A stretch of DNA of 26,526 nucleotides, taken from IMG/VR virus record IMGVR_UViG_3300012942_000123, positions 1-26,526 of that record, one strand, 5' to 3'. Shown here piece by piece: positions 24,019-26,526 of the stretch (position 1 is its first letter; every line of letters begins with the position of its first letter). Under the pieces are notes generated by a model. The model had not been told where the DNA came from. It made no database searches and was given only the letters and a program-made list of their open reading frames with translations. This stretch comes from a virus. Its lineage: Duplodnaviria > Caudoviricetes. Both the position numbers and the translations under genes were made by a program.

Positions 24019-26526
24019 GCAGTGTTGATGATCGCATTGTCAACATGCAATTCAACAACAAGCAGTTCACCCAGGGTATTGCCGAGTCCCAGAAGTCGCT
24101 TGCGGGTCTTGAGAAGTCGCTTGGTTCGGCGGCTGGAGCGAAAGGTCTGACTCAGCTCGGTTCTGCTGCAGACAATGTCAAGAAGCATTTCTCAGCTATG
24201 TCCATCGCCAGTATTGCGGCGATCGGCACCATCGCCTCCAAGGCGACTTCAGCCGGAATCAACATGGTTAAGAGCTTCACGCTCGACCCATTGAAGTCCG
24301 GTTTCCAGAGCTATGAGACGCAGATCAATGCGACTCAGACGATCATCGCAAACACGGGCTCGAAGATGAAGCCGGTGACAAAGTCTCTGGCTGACCTTCA
24401 GACTTATGCGAATCAGACTGTCTATAGCTTCGCTGACATGGCTCAGAACATCGGTACCTTCACGGCAGCCGGTGTCAAGCTAAAGCCGGCCGTGGCCGAT
24501 ATCAAGGGTATCGCGAACGTGGCAGCCCTGTCCGGTTCATCCTCTCAGCAGGCTTCGACAGCCATGTATCAGCTGTCTCAGGCTGTCGCTGCTGGATCGG
24601 TCAAGCTTCAGGACTGGAACTCAGTCGTTAACGCCGGTATGGGTGGTAAGCGCCTGCAGGATGCTCTGAAGATGACCTCGGAGTCGGTTGGTGGTAGCGC
24701 CGACGCCATGATTAAGAAGTTCGGCTCGTTCCGACAGTCACTGCAGGGTGGCTGGGTCACCGGTGACGTCCTGAACAAGACCATGAAGGTCATGGCGGGT
24801 CGATTTGATGCCACCACTGGCAAGACCAATGCATACTCTGTCGCGGCCCTTAAAGCCATGGGTTATACCGAAGCCCAAGCCAAGAGCATGCATAAGGTTT
24901 CACAGGCTGCTATCGACTCGGCAACCCACATCAAGACCTGGACGCAGCTTACTGACGCTCTGAAGGAAGAAGTCGCGACCGCCTATGGTTCGATCTTCAA
25001 GACCCTCTTTGGTGGACTGAAGGGATCGACAAAGCTCTTCACTGGCATGCACAATGTCATGGAGTCTGCCCTCACTGGACCGCTCTATGCGATCAATAAG
25101 GTCCTGATCGGCTGGAAGAAGGACGGAGGACGGGTCGCCCTCTTCGATGGTCTCAAGAACACGTTCGGTGCTCTGGGTAAGATCATCGCTCAAGTCAAAA
25201 TAGCATTCAAGGACATCTTCCCTCCGACCGCCAGTAGTACTCTAGCAAACCTGACCAAGGGGTTTGATGCTTTCAGCAAGCATTTGATTCCCGGAACTAA
25301 GACGCTGGAGAACCTCAGGACCATCTTTGAGGGTGTATTCGCCGTTCTTCATATCGCCACCACCATCATCGGCGGAGTGGTGCGAGGTTTCGCAGCATTC
25401 TTCGGTGAGATCCTTTCGGGTAGTACTGGGGCTTCGGGTGGAATTCTCTCTATCGTCGCTTCCGTAGCTAAGGTTCTGATCGCTTTCGACAAGTGGTTGA
25501 CTGCAGGCGGTAAGCTCTCCGACACCCTGGCTAACGCTGGCAAGGTCGCTGGTGAGTTTGTCAAGCCCTTCATTCAGGGCATCGGGCTGGCCATCCAGGG
25601 AATCGCTAAGTTTGTCTCTAGTCTCGGGTCCATCTCGCTTTCAGACATGAAGGACGCTGCCGTCGCTGTTGTGAATGCGATCGTCGACCTTGTTCAGAAG
25701 CTGAATCTAATTCCTAAGGCTGCTCAGGCCTTCGACGTTGTCAAGAAGAAGCTGTCTGGTTTCTCGCTTTCTGATATCAACTTCGGATCCATCAAGGGTG
25801 CGATCGGAGGTGCTGTTGGCGATGCTGCTGGTATGGGAGCATCCATCATCAAGAGCATTGTCCAGAGCATCAAGGGCGCAAGTCTCAGTAGCGTCGCAGG
25901 CTCGATGAAGGATATCGGGTCGAACATCCTTCAGGGCATTGTCGAGGGTCTCAAGGGCGCAAGCCTGGGCTTGATTAAGAGCTCGATGGAGAACATCGGA
26001 ACCATGATCATCGACGCCATTAAGGGCGTCCTCGGTATTCACTCGCCTGCTCGAGAGATGATTCCGATCGGTCAGTACGTTATTCAGGGCATCATCAAGG
26101 GTCTCGAGATGGACGCTGTGATGATCCCGAAAACCATCAAGACTATTGGCGTGGCTATCGCTTCGGAGTTCCAGAAACTCTTCGGCAACATGAATGCGCA
26201 AGACTGGGTTGGTGTCTTCAACTCTCTGCTGACCGGATCCTTGCTTCTGTCTCTGAAGAAGTTCACTGACAGCCTCAAGGCTGCTTCTGGTGTCTTTGGA
26301 TCTATCGGTGGAGCATTCGATCAGCTCAAGGAGTCTATCGAGGCCTACACGAATGGCTCGATCAAGGTCAAGATGCTTCAGGCTATTGCTCTTGCGATCG
26401 GTGTCCTGACTGCATCTCTCGTGGCGTTGTCATTTATCGACCCGAAGAAGCTTGCCGTTGGTCTCGGTGCTATCTCTGTCATCATTGCCCAGATCGTGAT
26501 CACCATGAAGGCGCTGAGAAGAGTCA
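24015..26526 (+). CDS. Tape measure protein (5' part, truncated by the window end)
   Basis: ATGA overlap with the upstream stop. Reads MSSVDDRIVNMQFNNKQF..AMYQLSQAVAAGSVKLQDWNSVVNAGMGG..LGIHSPAR. Ala/Gly-rich and helical, apparently open to the window end, which would explain its absence from the ORF track. Confidence 0.92.
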   Translation, partial: MSSVDDRIVNMQFNNKQFTQGIAESQKSLAGLEKSLGSAAGAKGLTQLGSAADNVKKHFSAMSIASIAAIGTIASKATSAGINMVKSFTLDPLKSGFQSYETQINATQTIIANTGSKMKPVTKSLADLQTYANQTVYSFADMAQNIGTFTAAGVKLKPAVADIKGIANVAALSGSSSQQASTAMYQLSQAVAAGSVKLQDWNSVVNAGMGGKRLQDALKMTSESVGGSADAMIKKFGSFRQSLQGGWVTGDVLNKTMKVMAGRFDATTGKTNAYSVAALKAMGYTEAQAKSMHKVSQAAIDSATHIKTWTQLTDALKEEVATAYGSIFKTLFGGLKGSTKLFTGMHNVMESALTGPLYAINKVLIGWKKDGGRVALFDGLKNTFGALGKIIAQVKIAFKDIFPPTASSTLANLTKGFDAFSKHLIPGTKTLENLRTIFEGVFAVLHIATTIIGGVVRGFAAFFGEILSGSTGASGGILSIVASVAKVLIAFDKWLTAGGKLSDTLANAGKVAGEFVKPFIQGIGLAIQGIAKFVSSLGSISLSDMKDAAVAVVNAIVDLVQKLNLIPKAAQAFDVVKKKLSGFSLSDINFGSIKGAIGGAVGDAAGMGASIIKSIVQSIKGASLSSVAGSMKDIGSNILQGIVEGLKGASLGLIKSSMENIGTMIIDAIKGVLGIHSPAREMIPIGQYVIQGIIKGLEMDAVMIPKTIKTIGVAIASEFQKLFGNMNAQDWVGVFNSLLTGSLLLSLKKFTDSLKAASGVFGSIGGAFDQLKESIEAYTNGSIKVKMLQAIALAIGVLTASLVALSFIDPKKLAVGLGAISVIIAQIVITMKALRRV

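Larger units (their letters stand above)
1..26526 (+). mobile_element. Tailed phage (siphovirus-like) genome segment: packaging, lysis, head and tail modules
   Basis: Co-oriented terminase, portal, protease-capsid, head-tail, major tail and tape measure genes with strong SD sites. No host genes or integrase are visible. Confidence 0.97.

Overview
This window is the left arm and virion module of a tailed dsDNA phage (siphovirus-type, probably actinobacterial host). Every credible gene is on the + strand and tightly packed. In order: a 2166-aa repeat-rich tail fibre, small ORFs, putative TerS and HNH, a lysis-like cluster (degenerate amidase, membrane protein, EEP hydrolase, CHAP-like endolysin), head-tail adaptor, an 874-aa polyprotein, TerL, portal, a basic protein/protease/scaffold/capsid fusion, head-tail genes, three major-tail-protein paralogues, a chaperone, an HK97 gp10-like gene and a truncated tape measure gene. 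The most notable signal is an inferred head-cargo system. The 874-aa polyprotein has an N-terminal 2H phosphoesterase (Acb1/LigT-like) domain, two copies of a helix shared with the capsid scaffold, and three modules each opened by FLAHHG(V/I)KGM(K/H)WGVR. Its modules are separated by hydrophobic-X-His motifs that also mark domain boundaries in the capsid precursor and the portal N-terminus. This suggests a His-specific prohead protease that releases packaged, possibly anti-defence, proteins. Other signals are nested in-frame starts in the capsid gene, a strand-biased TCAAAATGG motif, and a structured intergenic hairpin. All assignments come from motif reading by eye; no searches were run.
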